The notes under the pieces were generated by a model. It saw nothing but the letters and a program-made list of their open reading frames with translations, did no database searches and was not told where the DNA came from. A DNA stretch of 64,000 nucleotides, from the IMG/VR virus record IMGVR_UViG_3300027996_000014, positions 1 to 64,000 of that record; one strand, 5' to 3'. Every line of letters starts with the position of its first letter. The stretch's first letter is position 1. The DNA comes from a virus. The position numbers were made by a program, and so were the translations under genes. Positions 36,559 to 47,088 of this stretch are shown here, in pieces.

Positions 36559-36767
36559 AATTCTTAATACAAAGTAACGCCAGTGATTATGGTTCTGGAT
36601 CCAGGTCTGCAATGCGAACAGTAAAGAGTAAACCCTGGGAGGAGTAGCTATGAAGACATTAAATAAAGTGAGAGCTTTTGCTGAAAAGTGGTCAATATGA
36701 ACATGAAACGGAGCAATCCCTGACATGAGAAGGCGGTCCATAAAGTTAGGTTACTATATTAAGAATT
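36559..36767 (+). ncRNA. candidate structured ncRNA 1 (~210 nt)
   Basis: 11-bp closing stem AATTCTTAATA/TATTAAGAATT plus GTAAC/GTTAC; GC-richer interior with hairpins. Confidence 0.5.
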
Positions 36768-36772
36768 AAATT

Positions 36773-36971
36773 TTGAAGTCTTAGTATGTGGTAGGGCAAT
36801 GTTACTTGTTAGCAACCCACCAGTCACAATCATACGGGAAAACGTACTTAGATTTTGCTGTTAATAGGCAAGACATGGGGCTTGGTACGAAGTCTTAAAC
36901 TAATCAAGGAAGCAAGGAGTACCTTGGAATAGGGAAACGGAGGTAGATGCTCTGGTTTAGGATTACTTCAA
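36773..36971 (+). ncRNA. candidate structured ncRNA 2 (~200 nt, raiA-motif-like)
   Basis: Closing stem TTGAAGT/ACTTCAA; internal helices TGTGG/TCACA, TACG-GGAAAA-CGTA, GGCTT/AAGTC, CAAGG/CCTTG. Confidence 0.5.
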
Positions 36972-37003
36972 TTTTTTATTAACAATCTAAAACTAAACAA
37001 AAG

Positions 37004-37249
37004 ATGAGTAAATATCAAACTGAAAAACGTAAAAATAAAGAACTTCGTATAATAATATTATCTAAAGAAGAAGCAATGAAATTACAAATTAAAGAGTATA
37101 CTATTATTAAAAGAAAGTTAGATATGATAATTCATTGGTTAGGGAATCATACAGGTATTGCACCTGCTTCTTTAGAAAGTCACATGAAAAATATAGATAG
37201 AGTATTAATTAAAACATTTAAAAATGAGAAGTCTAATATTATTAATTAG
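37004..37249 (+). CDS. hypothetical protein
   Basis: 81 aa ORF. Confidence 0.55.
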   Translation: MSKYQTEKRKNKELRIIILSKEEAMKLQIKEYTIIKRKLDMIIHWLGNHTGIAPASLESHMKNIDRVLIKTFKNEKSNIIN

Positions 37250-37661
37250 AGGTTTAGCAGTTCGTACATCATTTAATGATTGGGACTGGGCCACATTACA
37301 ACTTATTCAAATTAATAAAACAAGTGAACCATTTAATAAATGGGTGCTTATGGAAATTACATTTGAAGGAGAAATAAATAAAGGAATTCCTGCTGATATA
37401 GAAGTTACTCATGAAGGAGAAGAATTAATATTAACGTGTTATGAAAAAGAAGTATTTGGTGAAATTAAACTAAAAGCTACTTATGATGAAGAAATGTTTC
37501 ATGAAGCTCATTCACCTAAATATATTCCTACATATGAAATTTTAGAAATAACTATATGTGGTGAAAATGTAAAAAAACTTAATTTATCAAAAGAATTAAA
37601 AACTAATATTCAATCAGTAGCAGAATCTTATAGAGATAAAATGATTGAAGAACTTATATAA
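37224..37661 (+). CDS. hypothetical protein
   Basis: 145 aa ORF. Confidence 0.55.
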   Translation: MRSLILLIRGLAVRTSFNDWDWATLQLIQINKTSEPFNKWVLMEITFEGEINKGIPADIEVTHEGEELILTCYEKEVFGEIKLKATYDEEMFHEAHSPKYIPTYEILEITICGENVKKLNLSKELKTNIQSVAESYRDKMIEELI

Positions 37662-37664
37662 ATT

Positions 37665-38030
37665 ATGAAATGGACTAATAAAGATATGCTTGAATTTGCT
37701 AGAGTAGCAAGTGAAGGTGCTTATGGAAATTACAGAGGTTGTAAAACTCTTATAAGTAAATTAAATAAATATAAAGAATTAAATGAAATGAGTAGATATG
37801 TAAAAGAATTGGAAGATGGTAATTATATAAGTTATGGTTTTGACAATGCATTGGGTTATTTTTTTGATTTATGTACAGCTTCTGATGAAGATGGTGATAG
37901 TGAACTTTTAATAGAAGAATCTAGCATATTATCTGGAATGAATAATGGCAAAATGATAGGATTAATGAGTATCTTTAAGCTACCTGAATCACACATTGAA
38001 ATGGTAGCTATGGATGTTCCAATAGTATAA
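37665..38030 (+). CDS. hypothetical protein
   Basis: 121 aa ORF. Confidence 0.55.
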   Translation: MKWTNKDMLEFARVASEGAYGNYRGCKTLISKLNKYKELNEMSRYVKELEDGNYISYGFDNALGYFFDLCTASDEDGDSELLIEESSILSGMNNGKMIGLMSIFKLPESHIEMVAMDVPIV

Positions 38031-38041
38031 AATAAATTAAT

Positions 38042-38230
38042 ATGGTAGATGACTGGGAAGATCAAAAGTTTAAAGGAACTATTTATGGTTCAAGTAAACC
38101 TATTGATAAAAATGATAAACTAGCTATTAAAAAACGTAAATTATATATAAAATTTAATTTATGTACTAGTAATGAAGAAAGGAAAAGATTAATTGAAAAA
38201 GAAATTAAACTTAATAAGAGGAGTAAGTAG
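38042..38230 (+). CDS. hypothetical protein
   Basis: 62 aa ORF. Confidence 0.5.
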   Translation: MVDDWEDQKFKGTIYGSSKPIDKNDKLAIKKRKLYIKFNLCTSNEERKRLIEKEIKLNKRSK

Positions 38231-38267
38231 CTCCTCTTTTTCACATATAAAATTAACACATTTAATT

Positions 38268-38699
38268 ATGTATACTACAGAACAAAGATTAGTTATTTAT
38301 ATAAAAAGAATGAGGTTAGATAAACCTAATAGAAGACCATTTGTTTCAGATCAACGTTTTTATGCAATAGGTTTATTATATTATAAATTTGGATGGACAG
38401 AATCAAAAATAGCAAGATTACTTGATAAAAATCGTACTTCAATATGGTATGCTAAAGTAAAACCTTATGAATTTTTAAGTATGAATGATGAAAAATTTAA
38501 ATTTCATTGTAAAAAAATAATGAATATTTTTCCATACACTTTTCCAAAACCATTACATTATAATCAACCTAATCATCGAAGAGTTTATCATAATTTAAAT
38601 AAAGAAAGAGAAAATAAATTATTAGAATTTAAATCGTTGTATCCTAGATTACAAGATTTAAATGAAACAATGAATCTTTTAATAGATACATTTTTATAA
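38268..38699 (+). CDS. HTH protein (DnaA C-terminal-like)
   Basis: TESKIARLLDKNRTSIWY HTH pattern; probable start MYTTEQ. Confidence 0.5.
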   Translation: MYTTEQRLVIYIKRMRLDKPNRRPFVSDQRFYAIGLLYYKFGWTESKIARLLDKNRTSIWYAKVKPYEFLSMNDEKFKFHCKKIMNIFPYTFPKPLHYNQPNHRRVYHNLNKERENKLLEFKSLYPRLQDLNETMNLLIDTFL

Positions 38700-38707
38700 C
38701 ATTAACT

Positions 38708-39817
38708 ATGGATAAGAGAAAGAAAATACAAACACTTGGAACAAAAAGTATTATTGATAATAAATTTAAAGGTATATTATTTGTTGCACCAAGAGTTGGA
38801 AAGTGTAAAATTGTAATTGATGCTCTTAATACTAAATCAATGGTTTCAAGAGATATTTCAATATTAGTGCTAGCACCAAAAAAAGAAATATTTAAAGGTT
38901 GGAAAACTGATATTAAGAAATGGAATTTACATGATGGATTTGAAATTGAATACGTTTGGAGCAATAGTTTAAAAAAGATTGATAAAAAATATGATCTAAT
39001 AATAGCTGATGAAATTCACGAATATAATTTAAAAGTACTTGAATTACTTGCTTTACATAAAGCAAAAGGTTCACGTATACTTGGACTTACTGGTACGTTA
39101 GATAGTGATTCAAAATTCCTAATACAACATGTTGTAGGTATTTCACCAATTTATACGTATACAGTTGATGAAGCAATTACAGATAAAATTGTTGCTGATT
39201 ACCGTATTTATTGTGTCGAATGTGATCTTGACGATAAAGATAAATATGTTGAAGCTGGAAGTGAAGAAAAACCTTTTATGCAAACAGAAGCTGAAGCTTA
39301 TAAATATTGGAATAATAAATATAACACTGCTGTATCTAATATGAGGTATTCTCAAATGAGATTTCCTATGATGCGTAGAAAAAATATTATTTATAATTCA
39401 AAAACTAAAATTAATCTTACTAAAAAAATAGTAGCTAATATTGATAGATGTTTAATATTTACAGGTTTTCAAAAAATAGCTGATTCTATTGGCGATGCAT
39501 CATTTCATTCAAAGTCTAGTAAAGATACTCTTGAACAATTAAAATTAGGAGCTATAAACAAGTGTTCTGTGGTATCAATGGTATCAATGGGAGTAACTAT
39601 ACCAAATTTAAAAGTAACTGTCTTTAATCAACTAAAAAGTGGTGAAAATACAGCAGTTCAACAAGCAATGAGAGCTATGAACTTAGATGGTGATAAAATA
39701 GCTACAATAATCATTGTGTATTTAAAAAATACTCGTGATGAAATATGGATGAAATCTGCACTTAAAGGATTTAATTCTAATAAAATTACATTTTGTAAAT
39801 TTAAAGATTTGCCTTAA
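38708..39817 (+). CDS. superfamily 2 helicase
   Basis: APRVGK, IIADEIH, GLTGT, GVTIP and QQAMRAM motifs. Confidence 0.85.
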   Translation: MDKRKKIQTLGTKSIIDNKFKGILFVAPRVGKCKIVIDALNTKSMVSRDISILVLAPKKEIFKGWKTDIKKWNLHDGFEIEYVWSNSLKKIDKKYDLIIADEIHEYNLKVLELLALHKAKGSRILGLTGTLDSDSKFLIQHVVGISPIYTYTVDEAITDKIVADYRIYCVECDLDDKDKYVEAGSEEKPFMQTEAEAYKYWNNKYNTAVSNMRYSQMRFPMMRRKNIIYNSKTKINLTKKIVANIDRCLIFTGFQKIADSIGDASFHSKSSKDTLEQLKLGAINKCSVVSMVSMGVTIPNLKVTVFNQLKSGENTAVQQAMRAMNLDGDKIATIIIVYLKNTRDEIWMKSALKGFNSNKITFCKFKDLP

Positions 39818-39839
39818 AAATAAATAAAATTTAAATAAT

Positions 39840-40406
39840 ATGAATGCTGAAATTGATTTAAATCGATTAGTTAGATCAAAGTTAGATGCAAATCAATATA
39901 TAATTTTGTATTTGATATATCATAAAAACTTTAAGCTAGCAAAAGAATTATTTGGTGCTGAAAAAGCATTAAATATTCGTAATTCTTTGATAAATACTAA
40001 ATATATTTTAGATAAATCGAATACTCAATTGTTTACACAAACTACTATTAGTACAGCTAATGTGTCTAAACTATTAGGTATTCGTTCTGATAAAATAAAT
40101 TTTTTAGAATTCTATAGTAGCTATCCTATTAGAGTGCAAAATAGAATTTTAAGAGCATCTAATATAGATACTGTACAAGGAAATAAGCACGAAAAAAAGT
40201 ATTTACTTAAAATAAAAACTTATGCTGACCATAAAGCAGCAGTCAAAGCAATAAAAGCATTTGTTGAAAAACAAAAAGTAGCAGGTCAATTAGAATTTTT
40301 ACCTAATATAGAAACTGTACTTAATAATGCTTTATGGGAAACATGGTCTGAATTCGTTAGTGAATTTGGACAAGAAGGTGCTAAGTGGCAAGAAGATTCA
40401 ATATAA
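39840..40406 (+). CDS. putative replication initiator/helicase loader
   Basis: FLEFYSSYP and ETVLNNALWE motifs; directly upstream of DnaB. Confidence 0.5.
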   Translation: MNAEIDLNRLVRSKLDANQYIILYLIYHKNFKLAKELFGAEKALNIRNSLINTKYILDKSNTQLFTQTTISTANVSKLLGIRSDKINFLEFYSSYPIRVQNRILRASNIDTVQGNKHEKKYLLKIKTYADHKAAVKAIKAFVEKQKVAGQLEFLPNIETVLNNALWETWSEFVSEFGQEGAKWQEDSI

Positions 40407-40411
40407 AAACT

Positions 40412-41473
40412 ATGGCAAAAATTGATTATTGGGGACAACTCCAAAATAACATTCAACGTGGAATTGATGGGTATAACGCAGGTTTACCTACAGGTTTTAA
40501 ACGATTGAACGCTCACATTAGTAATATACAGCAAAAACGATATACTACTATTGGAGGAGCAACTGGTACTGGTAAAACTGCTTATGTAGATTCTGCATAT
40601 TTGTTTAACCCTTACGAATATTTAATGGCTAATCCAGATTATCATCATTCACTTGAAATAATCTATTATTCATTAGAGATACCACCTGAAGAGAAATTAG
40701 CAAAGTTTGCTTGTTTTAAATTATGGGAAAATCATGGAATTAATATTGACATTAAAGTATTATATAGTGAAGGTGAATTTAAAATTCCTCCTGAAATAAT
40801 TCCTCTTATTGATAAAATGGGTCCGTATTTTAGTAAATTACAAGAAAAGGTATTGACTTTTAGAAGTTCAATGAGTCCTAATTTTATGTATAAGGATATA
40901 ATGAGCTATGCTGAGAAAAGAGGTAAGGTTATACGTAAAGATGGAATAATCGTTGATTATATACCTAATGATCCAAATTTGATTACTGAAATCATTATTG
41001 ATCATGCTAATCTTATTACTCCTAATGCAGAAGATAAGAATCAAAAAGCAGCAATTGATAGAGCGTCTAAGATGCTTGTGTTCTTTAGAAATATGTTTAA
41101 GTTTAGTCCTATTGTAGTATCTCAATTTAATAGAGGTATTGAAGGAATGGACAGAAAACAAATGGATTCTCAAGAACCATTACTATCAGATTTTAAAGAA
41201 ACTGGTGCTACTCAAGAAGATGCTAATGTTGTAATTGGATTATTTAATCCTTTTAGATATGGTATTAAAGAGCATAGAGGTTACCCAGTAAGTAAATTAA
41301 AACGTAGATATCGTTCTGCTCATGTTCTTAAAAATAGAGGTGGTGCTGATGGATTACAAGTAGGTCTTCATTTTATGGGAGAAATTGGTAAGTTTAGAGA
41401 ACTTCCTAGTGCTAAAGATTTACAAAATAACCCTACACTATTAGATAAAATCTTAAAAATAGGAATGATATGA
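40412..41473 (+). CDS. dnaB: DnaB-like replicative helicase
   Basis: GGATGTGKT, YSLE, IIDH, SQFNR, QEDAN, KNRGG. Confidence 0.88.
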   Translation: MAKIDYWGQLQNNIQRGIDGYNAGLPTGFKRLNAHISNIQQKRYTTIGGATGTGKTAYVDSAYLFNPYEYLMANPDYHHSLEIIYYSLEIPPEEKLAKFACFKLWENHGINIDIKVLYSEGEFKIPPEIIPLIDKMGPYFSKLQEKVLTFRSSMSPNFMYKDIMSYAEKRGKVIRKDGIIVDYIPNDPNLITEIIIDHANLITPNAEDKNQKAAIDRASKMLVFFRNMFKFSPIVVSQFNRGIEGMDRKQMDSQEPLLSDFKETGATQEDANVVIGLFNPFRYGIKEHRGYPVSKLKRRYRSAHVLKNRGGADGLQVGLHFMGEIGKFRELPSAKDLQNNPTLLDKILKIGMI

Positions 41474-41769
41474 TAGTAGAATTAAAAGATTGGGTAAAAG
41501 AAAAATTAATTTCTAATTCAAAATTACGTGATAGTAATGAGAAACTTTATTATTTATACCTTAAAGATGTTCTTAAATATGACATAAATAATAAGTCAAT
41601 TAAAGATTTCCTTCAAGATATGAGTAAACGTAAAATTCCTTATTTAGATTCTGTGGCTAGAGCGTCAAGATTAATACAATCTGATAATCCTTATTTAAGA
41701 GGAAAATATTGGGGAAAAAGAAAGAGTAAAAGTGTAGAAGTTAAGCATGAAATTCTTGCTAATAAGTAA
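41470..41769 (+). CDS. hypothetical protein
   Basis: 99 aa ORF. Confidence 0.6.
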   Translation: MIVELKDWVKEKLISNSKLRDSNEKLYYLYLKDVLKYDINNKSIKDFLQDMSKRKIPYLDSVARASRLIQSDNPYLRGKYWGKRKSKSVEVKHEILANK

Positions 41770-41830
41770 GCAATTTCGTATATTTAGTACTTCTAACGAG
41801 AGAAAAATAAATCAATAAATCAATAAATAT

Positions 41831-42499
41831 ATGGGACAATTAATTTTTGTCGTTGCCAAATCTGGTATGGGTAAAAGTACGTCATTACGTAACTTAAACC
41901 CTGACGAAACTGTGATAGTGAACACAGATCAAAAACCACTACCTTTTCCTAAGTCAAAAGAACTTTATAGTGAAGAAAAGGGTAATTATATAAAAAGTTC
42001 AGATACCACTAAAGTACTTAATAGACTTAAGCAAGCACACAAAGAACCAAAGATTAAAACTTTTGTCATTGATACTTGGTCAAGAGTTATGACTGATTTT
42101 ATAATGAGTGGAGCTTTTAGATCTAGTACAGGATTTGATAAGTGGAATAACCTTAGTGGTTCACAGTATGATTTACTTAATACCATTAATGAAAAAGTAA
42201 GAGATGATTTAAATGTATATCTATTTGCTCATCCTGAAACTATTCAAGATGAAAATGGATTTTTACGTGAAAGAATAGCTGTTCAAGGTAAACAATTAGA
42301 AAAGTTTGCACCTGAAAGTTTTAGTTCAGTAGTATTATATGCTGAAATTAAAGCTTCTCCTGGTAAACCTAATGAACATATATTTAGAACTAGAAATTCT
42401 GGAGCTGATACATGTAAAACGCCTATGGGAATGTTTGAAGATGCTGAAATTTCTAATGACTTAGTACTTGTTAACGAAGCAGTTAACGCATATTTTTAA
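41831..42499 (+). CDS. AAA ATPase (Sak4/AAA_24-like)
   Basis: AKSGMGKSTSLRNL, VIDT, FAH, CKTPMGMF. Confidence 0.8.
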   Translation: MGQLIFVVAKSGMGKSTSLRNLNPDETVIVNTDQKPLPFPKSKELYSEEKGNYIKSSDTTKVLNRLKQAHKEPKIKTFVIDTWSRVMTDFIMSGAFRSSTGFDKWNNLSGSQYDLLNTINEKVRDDLNVYLFAHPETIQDENGFLRERIAVQGKQLEKFAPESFSSVVLYAEIKASPGKPNEHIFRTRNSGADTCKTPMGMFEDAEISNDLVLVNEAVNAYF

Positions 42500-42535
42500 T
42501 AAGAGTAATAATTAGTATAAATAAAAATCACAAAA

Positions 42536-43072
42536 ATGAGTGAAGTAACATGGGGAGTGCCAACCCAACAAAAAAGAGCAAAAGTAGAAATGTTTACAAC
42601 TCCAGTTGTAACAATGGGAGCATTAAATAAACCAGGAGCAGGACGTAAGTTAAGTTTTAATCAAGCTGCTCAAAAAATGATGGGACTTGAAAAAGGAGAA
42701 TCTTATGTAGCAATTGGTTTTGGTGATGATAATAGTATCTTTATTCAAGCTTTCGCAAAAGAAGTAGATCACGGATTTGCACTTACTAAAACTTGTAGTT
42801 TTAGTAATAAAAGAGTATTTGAATACATTGCTAAAATTCAAAAATTAGATGTTAATTTAGAAAACTATTTACATTTAGAAGAAGTTGAAGGAGCTGGATT
42901 AGTAACTGTTAATAAAATTACTACAAGTGTAAGTACAGATACAGATCCTAAAATTTCTGAAGAAATGGTAAGTGAACAAGTATTTTCTTCTTCTGAAGAA
43001 GTAGAAGAAATATTAGATGAAGTATTAGATGTAAAAAAGACTGAAGAAGGAGAGCAGTCAGCTGAATGGTAA
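42536..43072 (+). CDS. hypothetical protein with acidic tail
   Basis: 178 aa ORF. Confidence 0.6.
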   Translation: MSEVTWGVPTQQKRAKVEMFTTPVVTMGALNKPGAGRKLSFNQAAQKMMGLEKGESYVAIGFGDDNSIFIQAFAKEVDHGFALTKTCSFSNKRVFEYIAKIQKLDVNLENYLHLEEVEGAGLVTVNKITTSVSTDTDPKISEEMVSEQVFSSSEEVEEILDEVLDVKKTEEGEQSAEW

Positions 43073-43095
43073 AAATAATAAAATAAAAGTAAATT

Positions 43096-43680
43096 ATGAG
43101 TATAAATTTAAATGATGATTCGTACAACATCAAGGAAGGTGTTGCGATTTTTAACAGTGGTACAGCTGGTATTTCAGAAAATGTAACTTTAAGTGTTGAG
43201 AAGCGTAAAGCTGATGACAAAGATACAGCTCCTGATTATAAACTAATGTTTACCGATGAAACTGGGGCAACTTGTAATACTGCTTTTTGGCATATTACTA
43301 AAGATACTCAGTATGATACAATAGATGAACAAACAGTAAAGAAAGGTAAAGTGTTTAAGCACCTTATTCATGCAATGTATGGAGCAGATTTTCAAATTCC
43401 TAATTTTAAAGATGCAGAGGAAATGTTAAATGGTACTATGAAGCTTCTTCGTGAAGGTTCAGCTAGTGCAGGTAAGTTTAGAATTTTTGCTAATTATGGT
43501 ACATCAAGTAAGCCTAGAGCTTATATTCAACCACGTTCTTGGGTTCCATTTATAGAACCAATGACTGTTGATATTGATAATACTAGACTTATAAAAGGTG
43601 ATTTTGATGCAATGGAAAGATTGCAAGCAGATAAACCTACTATGGCATCGACATCTGATAATGGTGATGATGAATGGTAG
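43096..43680 (+). CDS. putative single-stranded DNA-binding protein
   Basis: Acidic aromatic C-terminus DNGDDEW; between the Sak4-like ATPase and primase. Confidence 0.55.
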   Translation: MSINLNDDSYNIKEGVAIFNSGTAGISENVTLSVEKRKADDKDTAPDYKLMFTDETGATCNTAFWHITKDTQYDTIDEQTVKKGKVFKHLIHAMYGADFQIPNFKDAEEMLNGTMKLLREGSASAGKFRIFANYGTSSKPRAYIQPRSWVPFIEPMTVDIDNTRLIKGDFDAMERLQADKPTMASTSDNGDDEW

Positions 43681-43699
43681 ATAGTAATTATTAACTAAT

Positions 43700-43731
43700 T
43701 AAAAGGGAAGTTTAACGGCTTCCCTTTTTTA
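43700..43731 (+). terminator. intrinsic terminator
   Basis: AAAAGGGAAG-tttaacgg-CTTCCCTTTTT. Confidence 0.75.
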
Positions 43732-43741
43732 ATTTTTTTAT

Positions 43742-44746
43742 ATGAGAGAAATTAATTTAAATTCATTTGTTTATAATGAACAAATTACTAGAGATGATAT
43801 ACTTAATGTATTGATACAAGAAGATATTTATTCTCATTATATAGGAGAACCAATACGACAAGGAATCAGAATAAATAGTCCTTTAAGAGATGATAATGTT
43901 CCTTCTTTTTCATTTTATTATCATAAAAGTGGAAATGGAAGCTTAATGTTTTTTGATTATGCTACTAAGGAGAGTGGAGATTGTATAGTGTTTGTATGTA
44001 AATTATTTGGTATAGATTATAAAAAAGCATTATTTAAAATTACTTATGATTTTAATTTATCAATTGTAAAAATTACAGAAGAACGTAAAAAAATTATAAA
44101 AAGTAAAAAAATTATAACAAAAGAACAAGTTAAAATTGAAATTAAACGCAGATCGTGGAAAAAACGTGATGCTAATTTCTGGAAAGCTTTTGGTATTACT
44201 AAAAATACATTAATTAAATATAATGTAATACCTGTAAAGTATGTATTCTTTAATGAAAATTCTACAGAGTTAGCTGCTTTAGCCTATGCATATCTTGAAT
44301 TTAAAGATGATTTAATATCTTATAAAATATATCAACCTTTAAGTTCACAATATAAATGGATTAATAATGCTAATTATAGTGTACATCAAGGATATACCCA
44401 GTTGCCTAAAAATGGAGAATTATTAATTATTACTAAATCATTAAAAGATGTAATGAGTATCAGGGATGTTATGAATATTCCTAGTGTTGGATTACAATCA
44501 GAGTCTGTTATGATGAAACAATCAGTAATGGATGAATATAAAAAACGTTTTAAGAAAGTAATATGTTTATTTGATAATGATAAAGCTGGTAAAAGTTTGT
44601 CTATTCAATTTACAAAAGAATATTCTATACCTCATTTTTTCGTATCTGAATTAGAAGGAGTCACTGACTTTTCTGATTTAGTTAAGAAAGTAGGTAAAAT
44701 TAAAGCTAAAGAAGAATTTATAAATAAAATAAAAAAATATGAATAA
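43742..44746 (+). CDS. DNA primase (Toprim)
   Basis: SPLRDDNVPSF, ITKSLKDVM, LFDNDKAG, TDFSD motifs. Confidence 0.85.
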   Translation: MREINLNSFVYNEQITRDDILNVLIQEDIYSHYIGEPIRQGIRINSPLRDDNVPSFSFYYHKSGNGSLMFFDYATKESGDCIVFVCKLFGIDYKKALFKITYDFNLSIVKITEERKKIIKSKKIITKEQVKIEIKRRSWKKRDANFWKAFGITKNTLIKYNVIPVKYVFFNENSTELAALAYAYLEFKDDLISYKIYQPLSSQYKWINNANYSVHQGYTQLPKNGELLIITKSLKDVMSIRDVMNIPSVGLQSESVMMKQSVMDEYKKRFKKVICLFDNDKAGKSLSIQFTKEYSIPHFFVSELEGVTDFSDLVKKVGKIKAKEEFINKIKKYE

Positions 44747-45905
44747 AGTAGAATCATTAGCTAAAGTAAGCAAAGAGCTTATGTTAAAAGAACCATATTA
44801 TGGATTCTTTTTAATTATGTTAAATAAATTATGGAGCGATAAGATATCAACTGCATGTGTAGGTAAACAAGGTATTAATTATCAGTTACTTATTAATACT
44901 GAATTTTGGGAAAATTTGAATCATTTAAAACAAATGGGTCTTTTAAAACATGAGTTATTACACATAGCATTCAAGCATTTAAGTATTGTATTTAAATTTG
45001 CTGATAGAAAGCTTGCTAATATAGCAATGGATATGGAAATCAATCAATATATAGAAAAAGATTGGTTACCTGAAGGCGGTATAGATATAGATGATTATTC
45101 AGAGTTAAATCTTGATCGTAAAGCAGGATGTACATATTATTATAATAAACTACAAGAAGCTAAAGAAGAAAAAGAAGAAAAAGGTACTTGTGGATGTCCT
45201 AATATGGATAAAGTATTAGATGGTATTGGAAATCCAGATCATTCAGGATGGGACGAATTTGAAGAAATATCAGAAATTGAACATAATCTTATTGAACGTC
45301 AAACTAATAGATTATTAAAAGAAGCTCGTGATCAAACATTAAAGAAAAGAGGTACGATACCTGGTGAGATTACAAGTATAATTGAAATGGCTGAAATTAC
45401 AAAACCTAAATTTAATTGGAAGAAATATATTAGAAGATTTACAGGAGCTTCAACAAAAGTTTTTACAAAAAAACAAAGAAGAAAAGAAAATCGTAGATAT
45501 GAAGATAATCCAGGATTAAAGGTTAAAATGAGACAAAAAATGCTATTAGCAATTGATACATCAGGTTCAGTAAACGATACTGAATTACTTGAATTTATGA
45601 ATGAAATTTATCATATTTATAAAGCAGGTGTAGAAGTTGTAATTATACAATGTGATACTGTAATCAATAGTATATTAGAATATAAAGGAAAGTTTGAATT
45701 AGAAATTACAGGTAGAGGAGGAACAGAATTTGATCCTGTCTTAGAATATTATGCTAAACATCCTGAATATACAAGTCTTGTATATTTTACAGATGGAGAA
45801 TGCAGTGCTTCAGTAAAACCAAAGAAAAAGGTTTTATGGGTCTTATCAGAAAGATCACAAATAAATGATTCCTTACCTGGAAAAGTTATTAAGTTAGAAA
45901 TTTAA
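44739..45905 (+). CDS. metallopeptidase-VWA domain protein (DUF2201-like)
   Basis: HELLH zincin motif; MIDAS DTSGS; GRGGT; YFTDG. Confidence 0.85.
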   Translation: MNKVESLAKVSKELMLKEPYYGFFLIMLNKLWSDKISTACVGKQGINYQLLINTEFWENLNHLKQMGLLKHELLHIAFKHLSIVFKFADRKLANIAMDMEINQYIEKDWLPEGGIDIDDYSELNLDRKAGCTYYYNKLQEAKEEKEEKGTCGCPNMDKVLDGIGNPDHSGWDEFEEISEIEHNLIERQTNRLLKEARDQTLKKRGTIPGEITSIIEMAEITKPKFNWKKYIRRFTGASTKVFTKKQRRKENRRYEDNPGLKVKMRQKMLLAIDTSGSVNDTELLEFMNEIYHIYKAGVEVVIIQCDTVINSILEYKGKFELEITGRGGTEFDPVLEYYAKHPEYTSLVYFTDGECSASVKPKKKVLWVLSERSQINDSLPGKVIKLEI

Positions 45906-45917
45906 AAATTAAATAAA

Positions 45918-47087
45918 ATGGGACAAGTTAAATTAAATGTTGAAGAATTAAGTGATTTTATTAAGCATATGATTACTAATAATCAACATATTCAAAAGAA
46001 AGGAATGGTTCCTGTAACTATAAATGTAGAAGGTGAAGCTGGACTAGGTAAAACTTCATCTATCATACAACTTGGTGAAGAATTAGGACTACAAGTAGAA
46101 AAATTAAATCTATCACAATTTGAAGAATTAGGAGATCTAATAGGTTTTCCTGTTAAAGAATATAAAATTAAAAATACTGAAGGTAAAGTATTATGGATAA
46201 CTGAGCATGAAATTACAAAAGCTAGTGAAAAAGGATATAGAGTTGTAGATAAAAGAATGGCTCATGCTAAACCTGCTTGGATTCAAGATAAGGAAGATGG
46301 AGGTATTTTAATACTTGATGATTTTACAAGAGCTGATACTAGATTTATGCAAGCTGTAATGGAAATTTGCGATAGACAAGAATATGTTTCGTGGAAACTT
46401 CCTAAGAACTGGCATGTAATTCTTACTACTAATCCTGATAATGGCGATTATAATGTAACAAGTTTAGATGTTGCACAACAAACTCGTTTTATTTCTGTTG
46501 ATTTAAAGTTTGATGAAAAAGTGTGGGCAAAGTGGGCAGAATCTGTAAATATAGATAGTAGATGTATTAATTTTCTACTTATGCATCCAGAATTAGTAAC
46601 GCAAAAAGTTAATCCTAGAAGTTTTACTACATTTTTTAATTCAATAAGTTCAATAGAAAAGTTTGATGAAAATTTACCAATTATTCAAATGATTGGTGAA
46701 GGGTCAGTTGGATTAGATTTTTCAAGTATGTTTACAATGTTTATTAATAACAAACTTGATAAGATTATATCACCAGAAGCTATCATTAATAAAGATAAAG
46801 GATATGTATTTGGTCAATTAACAGATATAATTGGAACAGCTGATGATTTTAGAGCTGATATATCAAGTGTTATTTCAACAAGAATTGTAAATTACTTATT
46901 GAATTTTGCAAAAACTAATCCTATTTCAGGAGAAATATTAACAAGAATTGAAGATTTATTTATTGATTGTGAATCGTTTACTACTGATTTAAAATACTAC
47001 ATTATTAAAGAAGTACTAAATGGTAATAAACAAAAATTTAGTAAATTAATGATGAATCCAAAAATTGCTAAACTAATAATAAAATAA
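45918..47087 (+). CDS. MoxR-like AAA+ ATPase
   Basis: GEAGLGKT, ILILDDFTRA, TTNP, NPRS. Confidence 0.85.
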   Translation: MGQVKLNVEELSDFIKHMITNNQHIQKKGMVPVTINVEGEAGLGKTSSIIQLGEELGLQVEKLNLSQFEELGDLIGFPVKEYKIKNTEGKVLWITEHEITKASEKGYRVVDKRMAHAKPAWIQDKEDGGILILDDFTRADTRFMQAVMEICDRQEYVSWKLPKNWHVILTTNPDNGDYNVTSLDVAQQTRFISVDLKFDEKVWAKWAESVNIDSRCINFLLMHPELVTQKVNPRSFTTFFNSISSIEKFDENLPIIQMIGEGSVGLDFSSMFTMFINNKLDKIISPEAIINKDKGYVFGQLTDIIGTADDFRADISSVISTRIVNYLLNFAKTNPISGEILTRIEDLFIDCESFTTDLKYYIIKEVLNGNKQKFSKLMMNPKIAKLIIK

Positions 47088-47088
47088 T

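Noticed and set aside
41807-41830. Short tandem AATAAATC repeats before the AAA ATPase
   Set aside because: Low-complexity A-rich leader typical of Bacteroidota translation starts
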